Of a DNA stretch of 64,000 nt, positions 1-13,708 are shown piece after piece. The first letter of the stretch is position 1, and the number at the start of each line of letters is the position of its first letter. Made by a program: the position numbers and the translations under genes. The notes beneath the pieces were generated by a model, which saw nothing but the letters and a program-made list of their open reading frames with translations, made no database searches and was not told the DNA's origin. This DNA is from Octopus vulgaris (Eukaryota), in the NCBI GenBank assembly GCA_951406725.2, contig OX597824.1, positions 25,916,001 through 25,980,000 on the forward strand. The letters are read 5' to 3'.

Positions 1-80
1 ATTTCTTAAGCAATTAAAAGTGCAAATGAAATAAAAAGCTTGAAAAGTAGCTGCAAAAAGTTTGATAGGAAATAAATATA

Positions 81-85
<5 letters not shown>

Positions 86-119
<34 letters not shown>

Positions 120-330
120 TATACATACATATACATACATACACATACATACATACACATACATACATACACATACATACATATATATATATATACACAT
201 GCATATATATATATACATACATATATATATATATACATACATATACATACATACATACATACATATACATACATACATACACACACATACATACACATAT
301 ATATATATATATATACACACATATATATAA
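86..330. repeat. Compound (TA)n/(TACA)n/(CA)n microsatellite
   Basis: Directly visible; explains the YI/HT/CV-rich ORFs at 6-521. Confidence 0.97.
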
Positions 331-894
331 ATTATATATGGAGGAAGATAACCTGAAAACTGACATGAGAGAAGTGAAGTTGGAAGTAGAAATAAATAGG
401 TAATTTGTAAATCTGGCAGCATGTGCCAGAAGAGAACTGTAGTAATTGTGGTGGTGGTGATAATGCTTAAAAGATGGGTGGAAAAAAACAAACAAACAAA
501 CAAACAAAAAAAACACTCCACAGAACATTATGTGGAATCAGTAGGAAACGTATGTTTACATTAGTCTTAAGCTATATAATACAATCATAACATAGTTTCG
601 AAACATGGAATGAAAGGGGAGGAGTTTAGGAAGACAACTTGCACAAGTGCGATTTCTAAGTAGAACGACAAATTCTCTCTTGAAAGTAATTTGAAGAACC
701 ATTCAACAGTTATTCTTTGAAAGATATAAAGATAAAGTGACTGGTATTGTATATAATAATATTTAAGTCACTTTAAATACAAACAACAACAAAAAAAAAA
801 CTGACATATCCATTTTGCAATGAAAAATGTTTTATTAAATGTTGACATATCAATTTATCTTTTAGTTGGTTTATTTTTGTTTTTGTTTTTTACT

Positions 895-1260
895 TGTTTT
901 AATCATGAGGCTGTGGCCATGCTGGGGCGTCGTCTTGAAAGGCTTTAGTTGAATAAATGGACACTGGTATTTACGTTGTCTGGTACTTATTATATTAATT
1001 TTTTTTTTTACCAAACTACCAAGTTAGGGGATGTAAACAAACAAACAAACACAGCTTGTCGAATGGAGGAATGAATAGCAACACAGTTATATACATACAC
1101 ACATGAAGGGCTTCCACACAGTCTCCATCTATCAAATTCACTAACAAGGCATTGGTCACCATAGAGCAACAGTAGGATAGTTGCCCATGGTGCCACGCAG
1201 TGGGACTGAACCTGAAACCACATCATTGCAAAGCAAGCTTTTTTTTTCACACAGCCATGC
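895..1260 (-). mobile_element. Degenerate copy of SINE family A (tRNA-derived, CORE-like)
   Basis: Reverse complement resembles the better copies at 1528 and 52054 (tgggactgaacc, cacacagccatgc, gccatgctgg). Confidence 0.7.
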
Positions 1261-1310
1261 AAAAGAAATATGAAATAAAAATTGGTCATGAGGATAGGAC
1301 AATGGCTTGA

Positions 1311-1526
1311 CCCATTAACATTTAAGCCGGCCATATCCAGCCCAAATATTCAACCTGTTTTGTGTTCAAACCAGTCAGATTCAACCTTTCACACCTACCT
1401 TACAATGTCTTTCTAAAAATAACAATCATTATCGAAGTGTTTAAGCTACAAGATAATGCAGGATTAGTTCAAAACAATGTGAATAAATAAACATTACACT
1501 TGACAGAATAATCTGCATGCTAAAGG
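1311..1526 (+). mobile_element. TTAA-targeting MITE family A (piggyBac-like), right end abutted by a SINE
   Basis: Same internal sequence as 23286-23485 and 52871-53086; termini cccattaacatt ... atgctaaagg. Confidence 0.75.
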
Positions 1527-1527
1527 A

Positions 1528-1877
1528 GGCGTAGGAGTGGCTGTGTGGTAAGTAGCTTGCTTACCAACCACATGGTTCCGGTTTTAGTCCCAATGCATGG
1601 CACCTTGGGCAAGTGTCTTCTACTATAGCCTCAGGCCGACCAAAGCGTTGTGAGTGGATTTGGTAGACGGAAACTGAAAGAAGCCCGTCGTATGTGTATA
1701 TATATATGCATGTGTGTGTATATGTTTGTGTCTGTGCTTGTCTCCCCAACATCGCTTGACAACCGATACTGGTGTGTTTACATCCCTGTAACTTATTGGT
1801 TCGGCAAAAGAGACCAATAGAATAAGTACTAGGCTTACAAAGAATAAGTCCTGGGGTCGATTTGCTCGACTAAAGGC
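1528..1877 (+). mobile_element. SINE family A (tRNA head, CORE-like accttgggcaagt block, internal TA/TG microsatellite)
   Basis: Starts ggcgtaggagtggctgtgtggtaag; near-identical to copies at 17956, 47811, 52054 and 62887. Confidence 0.9.
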
Positions 1878-2424
1878 ATATTTTATGCAATCCCCAGACT
1901 TACCAGCTCCTGTCAAATCATCCAAATCATGCCTGTATGGAAAACAGACATTAAATGATCATGACGACAATGATGATGATGAGGATGAATTAGAGAGATA
2001 TAGTGTGACATGGTTGGACTTTTGAATTGCACGCGAGTCCATTTGATGGGCTTCCACACAGTTTCCATTTTCCCAATTACACTCACAAGGTTTGGATTGA
2101 TTTACCCAAGATACCACATAGAGAGACCAAACCCAGCATCCTATGACTTCAAGGTGAATTCCGTAATCCAAAAGCTATGCCTGTGCATTTGTTAGTTGAC
2201 AGTAGCATGGTATAGAATGTAATGAAGGTTATGAAGGCAGCTAGTGCATCAGAGATAACCACTGAGATGGCATAAAATATCTGCAAAAGTAGGATCTAGG
2301 CTAGTCACATGAATAGTCCATTCAGTCACCTAATGTTAGTCACTTTCGTTGTTTATCAGCTAAACTCAATGACTGGCGTAGCAACATCAGCAACTGCTAC
2401 AAGGACAAAGAAGATACATTAGAG

Positions 2425-2657
2425 CAGTAGTTCTCAACTGGGGACCAAATAAGATTTTGTTTTTGAAATTTATCTGCAATAAATTGGTTATAGTTCTACA
2501 ATATGCAAAATATCTTTTAAATTATTTTCATACAATTTCTAATAATATTTAATTATGAAAAATAAAATGAGATTTCTTTTTTAATATCGAATGGTTCCAT
2601 CTGAGTAAAATAGGAATCAAAGAGGTCCATAGGTAGAAAATGGTTGAGAAATTACAG
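2425..2657. mobile_element. Degenerate hAT-like MITE
   Basis: Termini cagtagttctcaac ... gttgagaaattacag resemble Charlie-type TIRs; no clear TSD. Confidence 0.45.
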
Positions 2658-2699
2658 AGGCAACAAACTGATGGTAGGCTGTGGAAGTTACAGAAAAGA

Positions 2700-3065
2700 G
2701 CCACAATACATTTGATTAGGAACAGAATTAGCCTTGATGAGATGTAGTTTGGCTTTGTGACATAAGGAGTTACTAGTGACATCTTCTGGCTGAGACAACT
2801 ACAGCTAGAATTCATCAACTTGCAGAAGGCCTGTGACAGGGTTCCACTCACTCTAATCTGGTGGTTGCTAAGGAAACTAGGGAGAGATAAACTGCTTCTG
2901 ATGGCCCTCCATACAAACCTTATGTAGAACCACAGCTGACAATGAGTGCAGTTATAAATTTAGCATGCAGGTAAGGGTCTACAAGGATTGTACTTAGTCC
3001 TCTTCTGTTTATCATAATCCTCCAGGCCATAACAGAGTTCAAGACTGGGTGGCCATGGGAACTCT
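2700..3065 (+). pseudogene. RTE-clade LINE reverse-transcriptase remnant
   Basis: Hand translation across stops and frameshifts: LDEM*FGFV...LRQLQ...FINLQKACDRVP..LIWWLLRKLG...LSPLLFIIILQAITE.FKTGWPWEL, matching non-LTR RT motifs (QFGF, DLEKAFDRVP, QGSVLSPLLF). Confidence 0.75.
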
Positions 3066-3309
3066 AGTTCTTAAAGCTAAATCTGGAGTGGAATTAGAAA
3101 AGAAATTCCAGACAGAGAAGTGAAAACAAAATTTGTTACAATAAGAAGGAAGGAGGTTTCCTTTCAGAAGTAATGGCACCATGAATTCGGTTCCCATAAA
3201 TTCAGAGATCAAGACAGCAGATGTATTGATATTAAAGATGTTCCTCAACCTTTGACATCATTAATTAATATATTGGTGGCTGTGTGTAAAAATATGCTTG
3301 GGTCTGCAG

Positions 3310-3890
3310 CATCAACTGGCAGCTGTTGCAGATGCTTCCAAGAAAAAGCCATACCTATAAATCAATAGTCACTGTTCTATTGATTTGCAAGTTTGCAGGT
3401 ATGATGACTATTTCTTAGAAGTTCTACCAGTACACAGATGTCAGCTTAGAAAAAAAAAAACAAAAAGGGATTCCAATAATGTGCTGCTGTGGAATTTAAA
3501 TCAGCTGCAACTATGCAATGGCACAAGAAAAATATTTAAGAAATTTATGCTACATGTCATCAATACTGCTATTCTCACCGGGTGCACCAAAGGAGAAGAT
3601 GCAGAATTTCACTCATAACAACAGATGTGCTCATTCGATTTTCAATTTGCAGAAAACCTAAGCTTTGCCATGTCAATCAATAAATTTCAAGGACAAACAT
3701 CAACAGTTGCTGGACAGCATCTTGAGGAATACCAATTTGCTAATGGCCAATTATATGTCAGAAACTCAATACTGATTTGCTAATAGCCAATTTTATGTCA
3801 GAAACTCAAGTCTTGGAAGCCCCTAATAATCTTTTCATTTATGTCCCTATTGGTAAAAACCAAAAACATTGAGTATCCTGAGGTGCTGAC
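3310..3890 (+). pseudogene. Helitron Rep/Hel PIF1-type helicase C-terminal remnant
   Basis: LLWNLNQLQLCNGTRKIFKKFMLHVINTAILTGCTKGED (ORF 3385-3618), then LSFAMSINKFQGQT..AGQHLEE..FANGQLYV and GSP.NLFIYVP.GK.KNIEYPEVL; these match PIF1 motifs LCNGTRL, FAMTINKSQGQ and HGQLYV. Confidence 0.88.
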
Positions 3891-4945
3891 ATGGCAATGT
3901 TCAGAATTACCAAGGCTGTGATGGGATCATTGCCACTTCTAATATCATTTCTTTATCACTGCATGTATTGCAGCTCCAATATTTGAATTTATAGATCTCC
4001 TCAGGAGTTTCTAGTTGCCAGACTTTATAAGAATGATTATAATTCTATACAGTATTGACCTCACAACATTCCAGCTTTTAACCATTTTTTTATATTTATT
4101 CAATAATGGTTTCAAAAGAAATTGTTTTCACATTCACAAATCTTGTGTTCTTATTTAATGTGCTTGAACTATATGTCACTAGCCAACTTCTTTTATCCTT
4201 ATATAGTGAGGGGTAGCCTTGTGTCTCCTCTGTTACAAGACACCCGAGCTTGTCCCTCTATCATACTTTAGGATTTCAACACATGGTATAAAGCCACCTC
4301 CCTCCTCTCAAATACTCCTCCAACATAGTAGTGGAGGTTTTATTTCTTTTTCCTTGTTCCTTTTCTGTCTTGCAAGTTACTTAGTAGCCTCTCTGGAGCA
4401 GGTAGCATGAAAAAAGCACCCAGTACATCCTGTAAAGTGGTTGGCAATAGGGAGAACATTCAGCCATAGAAACTATGCCAAAGCTGACAGTGGAGCTAAG
4501 GTGCAACTCTATGGCATGCTAGACTTTATCAAACCATCTAACCCATGCTGACATGAAAAACATGTTAACATGATAATCATGAAGATGATGAATGCCCATC
4601 TATATTAAGTGCATTATATCAAGATAAGGCTACACACATACACACATGACCAGCCTCTTTTAGTTTCCGTCAACCAAATCCACTCACAAGACTTTGATCA
4701 GCTCAGGACTAAAGTAATAAGCATTTGCCCAAGATGCCACAGTGGGTTTGAACCCAAGACCACACGGTTAGGAAGCAAGCTTCTCATCCACACAGCCACA
4801 ACTATGCCTATCAATAAGTAGTAAAATGAAATAAGAGTGGCTATGATTGACTAAAAGCCACAGAAAGTAGTGCCACAGCATGGCTGCTGTCCAATAACTG
4901 AAACCAGTAAAAGAAACATGTGGAACAAAATTAAGCGGCTAAAAA

Positions 4946-5660
<715 letters not shown>

Positions 5661-6575
5661 CATCATATAAATAAACATCTTCAAGACAACTGTTTCTATT
5701 CATATGTATGGATGGAGAGTTGTGAAAGTAGAGTAGTGAAACTACAAGAATAGCTCACAGTAGTGTAGAATTACATATACCTGTGTCAAGAGACTTACAA
5801 CTTTTCAACCAAACTAACACCGAAAATAGACTAATAATTTTTTCAGCCTTCATAATCAAGCATTTGTCGGATTTAAATGAGAAAATGCAATAATGCACAG
5901 TGCTTCAACTTTAGTAATTATTTGAATTTTTTTTTTTTTTTTTTTTTTGTTAAAGTATATTTTTAGTTTATTTTTAAAGAGTAGCAAGACAGAAATTGAG
6001 CCATATTATGTTTCCATAAATATACATGTAAAGTATTTTGAGACTATAAAAGAAGAAAAGAATTAGAAAACCATATGGATGATAAGTAAGAAAAATAAGC
6101 CTAATTGAGAGAGAAGTGTGAAAGTGATCCCCAAAATAAATAGTAATTTAAAAGCAATCAAATAAGAAGCAAAAATAGATGGAGTAAATTAAGATTAAAA
6201 TGAAAGTATGCTGCACATTACAAGATAGTTGTAATTGTTAAAGCAGAAAATAAAAAAGAAGGAAAATTCTTTTTAAAAAACCCCACTGCAATATAAATGA
6301 CAGTTATAAACCAAACAAATAAATCTCTATGCTGACATTTGATCAGCTAGAAATAGCAACATCTCCCTCAAATCATATTCTTTAATCTTAGGTCAAGATG
6401 AAAGGACACACATTAGATAATGTAGATCTAGATATAGTGACTGAAAATAAGACAGATTTGTCATGGCCGGAACAGCTTTCAACACAGTATTGCTGAATCA
6501 GGGTTGAACAAAGATAATGCTGACATTTGACCTTTGAAAAACAAGGACACACTGGATAATAGAGACCTAGATATA

Positions 6576-6802
6576 TATTTCTTTATTGCCCACAAGGGGC
6601 TAAACATAGAGGGGACAAACAAGGACAGACAAAGGAACTAAGTCGATTACATCAACCCCAGTGCATAACTGGTACTTATTTAATTAATCCCGAAAGGCTG
6701 AAAGGCAAAGTCGATCTCAGCAGAATTTTAACTCAGAATGTAGCAGCAGATGAGATACCAGCATTAAGCCCAGCGTGCTAACAATTCTGCCAGCTCGCCG
6801 CC
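6576..6802 (-). mobile_element. SINE family B (head ggcggcgagctggcagaa) with 8-bp TSD
   Basis: Matches 22923-23150; flanked by tagatata at 6568-6575 and 6803-6810. Confidence 0.88.
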
Positions 6803-8239
6803 TAGATATAGTGAATGAAAATAAAATGGATTTGTCATGGCTGGAATAACTTTCACTACAGCACCGCAAGATCGCAGCTGAACTGAGCAAAACAACAACG
6901 AATGACAATATTCAAAACTTCTCATAACATAAGTAAAGTTACAGATATTTTATATTATTATTTGATTGAATGCCACGCGTCCATTTCCAAGTAAGTTTAC
7001 ACACATACACAGACATAATGAGCTGCTTTCAGTTTCCATCTGACTCATAATGTTTTGTCAGCCTGTGCTTATAGCAGAAGACACTTGTCCATGATTCAAC
7101 ACAGCAGGACTGAACACTGACCGATGTAGTTGGGAAGCAAACTTCCAACCACATAATTACGCTCCAAAAAATTAACTATATCCATCATAACTAAAAACTG
7201 AGTTTGAGTGCTTTTAGCTTCATTGAGTAGTAGTCCCCGGATGTAGGTATTTCATTTTCTATATCAACTGTACTGAGGCACTAGAAGAACTGAACAGATT
7301 TTAACCTTTTTTTATAGCCATATTCTAGCAAGGTGACTGTTTCAATTAAACAAAGCTTTAGAAATTTTATAGTAAAATTTCTTACCTATTTTCTTACCCT
7401 TACCTATTTTACAAAGGAACACTCTGAAAGTGAGAAACAAATGAACAATTTGCTGGCAAGAGAAGTGACAACAACAATACCACTTGTAGCTCCCAACTTT
7501 TGAAGAATGCAACTGTAAACACACACACATTATCATCATCATTTCACATCTGCTTTCCATGTTGGCATGGGTAGGATGAGCTGACAAAAAACTGGTAAGC
7601 TGTAGGGCTATATTGAGCTCCATATAGGCTTTTTCTCAGTTTCTGTCAACCAAATTCACTCCTAAGGCTTTGGATAACCTAGGGCTATAAAAGAAAACAC
7701 TTGCAGCATAGAGGAACTCACACTAAAGCCCACATGGTTGGGAAGTGAACTTCTTAACCTCACAGCCATGCCGGCACCTATTCTTAGCTCTGCTAGTGCC
7801 CACATTTAACATGAAAATATTATTTCTTAAACCACATACTTGTCTGTTCAATAACACTTTGTAAGAGAAATAAATGAATATGAATATTTCTCTTGTAGCT
7901 TATTTCAAGAAATTTGGTACAATAAAGACAGCAGTATACTCTCTTTAAATTTCTCATGATTCAGTTTTTATGTCAGACTAAACTGAATGTGTAGAAGTCA
8001 GAAAGAAAGTGGATCAAGAATCAATAGTTATTAAAGGTGATTAAAGACATATCAACATATATATTCTTAAGCAATTAACTATTAGAAATCTACTCCATTT
8101 ACCAATCTATGGGGAAGTAATTTAATATAAATAAAAAGGCGGTTAAGTGGTAGAAACTGTACAATTTTCACATAAATGCCTTGCTATATTTAGTTATGAC
8201 CTTGCTGTGATAAAGAAGGTTCCAAGTATTGTCCTTAAT

Positions 8240-8460
8240 TAATTTGCTGCTGTTGAGTCAGTGCTCTTGTATGGCAGCAAGACATGAACACTTACCAAAG
8301 AAGCAAAGAAGAGTTTGGGTGGTTGCTATACAAAGATGTTACAGTGAGGAATGACCCTGGATGTGCAATGGCAGCAGCACACAACCAATGAAGCCTTCCA
8401 AAAGTGACCAACATGAACATCTCCGCATATCAGGTCATTGCTTGTGGCACCATAATGAAG
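8240..8460 (+). pseudogene. RTE-like LINE ORF2 C-terminal remnant
   Basis: Hand translation AAVESVLLYGSKT*TLTKEAKKSLGGCYTKML...DVQWQQHTTNE...LRISGHC resembles the conserved LLYGSETWTLT...WQxHxTNE...GH region downstream of RT. Confidence 0.7.
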
Positions 8461-11095
8461 GCACATCAAAATTTAGCAGTTTGGCAAAAGAGACTGATAG
8501 AATAAGTACTGGGCTTAAAAAATTAAGTCCTGCAGTCAATTTGTTTGACTAAGACCCTTCAAGAGAGTGCTCCAGCATGGCCACAGTTGAAAGACTGAAA
8601 ATAGTAAAATGGTATGTGTGTATGATGTTAACATCGTTTTACTTCTGTTGTTGCATAACATAACAATGTCTATTATATTAAGGCAGGAACTCATGACCAA
8701 GAGGCTGAAAAGCCACCATCTCTAGATACACCATTGTGTAGAACATTTCATTAACAGAATTTAAATGAGATTCTTCAATTAATATCAAAGCAGTGAAGTG
8801 TTATTCTACATCTATTGCAAGCATTCTTGCAACTGTATACATTGCATATAAGATAGATTGCTGTGTTCTAAATACATAATTTATTTTTAATTATATTGGT
8901 TGACTGCATTATATTCTTAAGTATATTAACATTACTTTATTTATAAATAAGTATCTTCTATGGTATTATACATATGTTGTAGGAGGTAATTAAAGAAACT
9001 TTAGAAGATTGCTGAATGTTACATCATGGTTAATAATGCCCTTGACAATGTGCTCAGTTGTTCTCTTGTATGCCACATGCATCCGATTTAAATAAATTAC
9101 TTTGTAGCTGTTATACCTAATTTGAAAGATAACATAACTAGATCTATCAATAAGATTTGTTTCATTCCATGGTAGTCTTGATTTCAGCATATTCACTGTA
9201 CTATGTATACCAGCTTGCCAAACTTCTTTTGCACTACAGACCATCTTCATGCAAGTCGGTTTTTCCATGGACCATGAAATTGTGGACAAAACAAAAGACA
9301 ATAAAGTGCATAATATACAATACACATATAATGCAAAAACACCCTGCAGACTGCAATAGTTGATAAAATAGAAATAAAATTTTGAAATATATTCTTTCCA
9401 TGCAACCCAGTATGAAATGCTCCATGATCCAGTATGGTCAAAGGTCTGATTGTTGAAGATATCTGATCAAAACGACTTATCCCTTTAGATACCAACCCCA
9501 CTGAAACTGCCCTTGGTGCTATAATAAAAACTTCAATTTTGAAGTAATCTGAATTAAAATTTTCACTAAAATTTCATGTTATGTTCTAAACCCCAGCTGA
9601 ATAATGTCAGAGTTATTTTAATAATTTTTTTTATTATTTTCAAAATTAACTGAAAAAATAGTAGAGTATTTTGTCCAATCTCAGCCAGAATCAAAATCAT
9701 CATTGTCCTCATTGTGACTTCATACTTGGACTCATGCATCCATCACAAACAGATGTCGATTCTTTTTTTTCTTTTTTTTAATAATTCCCTTCAAACACTC
9801 ATGTTGAAATCAACAGAATTGTTTTAGCATGAATGAAAGTCTTTTGAGATAGCTCCAATGAAATTTGAATTCAGGTATTACTAGGGGGAAAACTTTTCTT
9901 GTTTAGGTTATTTTGAAAGGAGGGGTGCTTTGAAACACTTGGGAGGTCTTTCCCAGTAATTCTTGAATATAGTTTCCTCTACCATAAAAAGGTATTAACA
10001 AGAAAAGAAATAGCACTGCATATATCTTCATAAAAAAAAATTATGAAATTATTTTTGAATGTACAAAAATGAAGTTAGTGAAAGCTAAACAGAATTCAAA
10101 ACAAAATAAACAGAAAAAAAAATGACAATGAAATAAAGAAATAGTCACAAACAGTCAAAATGTGACACCTGTAGACACTGATTTGTATCACATGTGCAAG
10201 AGATCTAGTGACAACAGGGCCGGAAATATGGGGGGGGGGGGATCAGTCGATAACATCAATCCTAGTCCATAAGTGATACTTATTTCATCGAAGTCAACTT
10301 GAAGGGAATTTGAACTTAAAATGTGAGACAGATGAAATGTTGTTAAGCATTTGGTTCAGCATGCTAACAACTCTGCCAGCCCCCCATCTTGTAACAACAA
10401 CAGTAACAGCAACAACAATGTAAATGTGTGTAACATTAACAAAAGTACTAACAAGATATGAACAACAGCTACTTTGCTAGTATTATGAACCGAACAGGTA
10501 TGAGACATGGGTTGAATTAGTCGAAGAAAGAGGGGGTTCCCATATGCCCTAAAGGAACTGTTTACAAAAATCCTAGAGGATTTATGGCATTCCATTTGCT
10601 CCACTGATAAGAGTTAAGCATATGAAAGTGTACGCCTGATCTTTGAAACTGAGGATGAACCATGAAAATATACAGACTGAGTGTACCACACACCTGTATG
10701 TAACTTTGTGCTTGTTACCCACTACTGCATGACAATCAGTGTCGGTTTGTGTGTATCCGCATAACTTAGCGGTTCAGCAAAAGAGACTAACAGAATAAGA
10801 ATGAGACATGAAAATAAGTACTGTGGTCGAGTCGTTTGACTAAAATTCTTTAAGGCAGTGTCCCAGTATGGCCACGGTTCAATGACTAAAACAAGTAAAA
10901 GATTAAGAGATAAAAGTGACACCTATTTATATAGTTTGTGTAATTTATGATTGTTTATATTTCTTAATCTTCAATGCTTCAATGTACCATTAGATAACAT
11001 CTTTGACCCACCTCTTGTTTTTATATATGTATCTACTTACCCAAATGCAACCCCTTTTCCTGACACACACACATATGAACAGACTTGATAGCAGA

Positions 11096-11096
<1 letters not shown>

Positions 11097-11142
<46 letters not shown>

Positions 11143-11180
11143 CATTATTATCATTATTATTATTATCATCATCATCATGA
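11097..11180. repeat. (ATT)n/(ATC)n trinucleotide microsatellite
   Basis: Directly visible. Confidence 0.95.
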
Positions 11181-11689
11181 CTAATACCTAATGCATTATC
11201 ATCATTATTAATATTATAAATATTTTTGTTTCCCCTAAGTTAACGGCAAAGCATAGCTTACCAGCTGAGATAAAAGTCAAATTCGTATATAGCTATAAGC
11301 TATCAGCATGGGAATTAAAAGCTTTTCTACAGAAATCCATAGTACCGAGAGATGAAATGACAAATGTAAATGTAAAGAGCAGAAACAGAAGAGATTTCAA
11401 CAGAAGGAAGATGGAGATATAATTCCCAGAACAACTGAAGTATCAGTTAAAGACTCTAAAAATGAATTAGAATGAAGAGCAATGAAATATGATGATGGAG
11501 AAGATAAGAAGAATTAAGTTATTTCAAATGGATGACTTGCAGTATACAGTTGGTAGAAACTATGATTATTTAGATTATTATATTCAGTGCTTAATTAATA
11601 AAAGTAGAAGTTACAATGGCAATGTAAAGGTAGGCTATTTATTGGACACTATATTTATCCAGCCTTTATAAATTATTATGCATGGTTAA

Positions 11690-11905
11690 GGCGGCGAGCT
11701 GGTAGAAACGTTAGCATGCCAGGCAAAATGCTTAGCAGTATTTTGTCCATCTCCACATTACTGAGTTCAAATTCCACCTCCATCAACTTTGCTTTTCATC
11801 CTTTCAAGGTCAGTTAAATATGTACTAGATATGCACTGGGGTTGATGTAATCGACTTACCCCTCCCCACCAAACTTCGTGCCTTGTGCCTATAGTAGAGA
11901 GGATT
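11690..11905 (+). mobile_element. SINE family B variant
   Basis: ggcggcgagctggtagaaacg head, ctgagttcaaattcc B-box-like motif, ttttcatcctttc core. Confidence 0.75.
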
Positions 11906-13708
11906 ATGCATGGTTGTGAGATTAAGAAATTTATTAAGCAATGAAGTGGTTTCTGGTTCAATACCACTGTGAGGCACCTTAGTGAAGAGTCTACTATAAA
12001 CTCAAATTGCCCAATGACGTTTCGTGAGTGAAATTTGGTAAATGAAAACTATATGGAATCCCATCATGTATGTGTGTGAGAGCGAGAGAGAGATACAGAG
12101 AGACGAGATTCTTGTGGTTTATATTTGCTAAAGTGAGAGGTGACCCCCTGAAGTGATGTAGCTCAACAGCAGAATTCAACTATTTAAGAAGCAGAGATCA
12201 ATAAAATAAGTATTTAAGGGTCTGAGAGCTAAAATCCTGGAATGCAGCATCCCAGCATGGCTACAGTCCAATAACTGAAAACATTTTATTAAATAATAAT
12301 GATGATAATAACAATAATAACAACATTTTAAGAACTGAAATAAATCTTAATGTGTGTCTTTGCAAGTCTTATCCCTTTACTGGAAATCAATACTTAACAT
12401 TTATAAACTGAAAATGCAATGTATTATAAATATATAAATAACACAATATATTTGTTATAAAACATTTTCAGGAACCTGCTATTTCCCCATTAGTCTCTTA
12501 CGAAATCTATTTCACTTATCAGAGAGCCGTTTCTTCATTAATCAATTTACATATCACTAGTTGATTATCTCTACTTTGAAACTATCTTGCATCTATTATC
12601 ATGGCGGCTGATCAAAGGAACCATTCTTGCTATAATTCACAAACTAACCAACCATTAAGACAAAGTTGCTGTTAGATTTCATTTACTTTCTTTCCCTAAA
12701 TTGGTCTCTATAACGGATGATTAACGCATGTTAACCTGACAATAGAGCTAAGTAAATTGCTCAAACGGTTAAAGAAACACCAAAATCTTACCCACCGAAT
12801 GTACACAATCTCTATTTAGTGATAACAATACATATTATAAATCCTGATCCCCAGAAAAACAAACAAAACTTAATGATGAGAATAAGGTCAATGAATGAAA
12901 TTTATCAGAACAATTTGGCCTGAAACAGCTAAATGCACCAAACTGAAATTCAAGGAAACGGTTTGGCACTTGGATGCATAATTATAACAAAGAGGGAATG
13001 CTTTCTTAAGAGCATCAGCAACACAAGTGAAGTGAAATGATTACCACTGGGAAATGAAACTAAGTTATAAACTGAACAAGGAGCTTGCTTGCTTCTATTC
13101 TTTCATGCTAGACTGTATAATCAGTAGCTTAAAAATGGCATGATTAAATCTTGATAACCACCACAAGGTCCAATCCTTGTGACGTGGTTGTTTGTGTGTC
13201 TCACTGACCCTACCAGTGGGAACACAAGCTCTTCATAGGACCTCCTACGCAGGACAGATCGTAGATCAAACTAATATGAATCCCCGCTTTCCAGAGATAA
13301 CAAGGAGTTTGTGTAGGGCCAACAACCTTACCAAGCAAAAAGACAAAAGCTTAAGTTACAGAAGCAGTGATTGCAATTTAAAAAAAAGAAAAGAAACAAA
13401 ACCTGGAAGGGGAAGGGCCTTTCCTTGGGGAAACATATGAGGATGCCCCCACCCATGAGAGTGTTGCCCTGCCCAGAATCAAGAACAATGGAGAAAAGTT
13501 GTCAATGGTCTGTGTGCTATAGGAAATGAAAAGCTGAAATACTAAAGTAAATCTTGTAAAGATAGGCAATATTTTTCAATACTATGAGACCAACAGAAGT
13601 ACCAGTAATATAACCAGATACAAAAGATGAGAGAGCAATCAGAACTAGGATTGTTTGTAAAGAGATGTTCAACTAGCACACCCATATCCCTGCTTTTGCT
13701 GTCATTAA

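Noticed and set aside
8990-9501. Overlapping 60-111 aa ORFs
   Set aside because: No recognisable motifs or splice structure; compatible with chance or decayed repeat.
10480-10720. Possible Tc1-like C-terminal remnant
   Set aside because: Too degenerate to support; only a vague resemblance to the LNPIENLW region.
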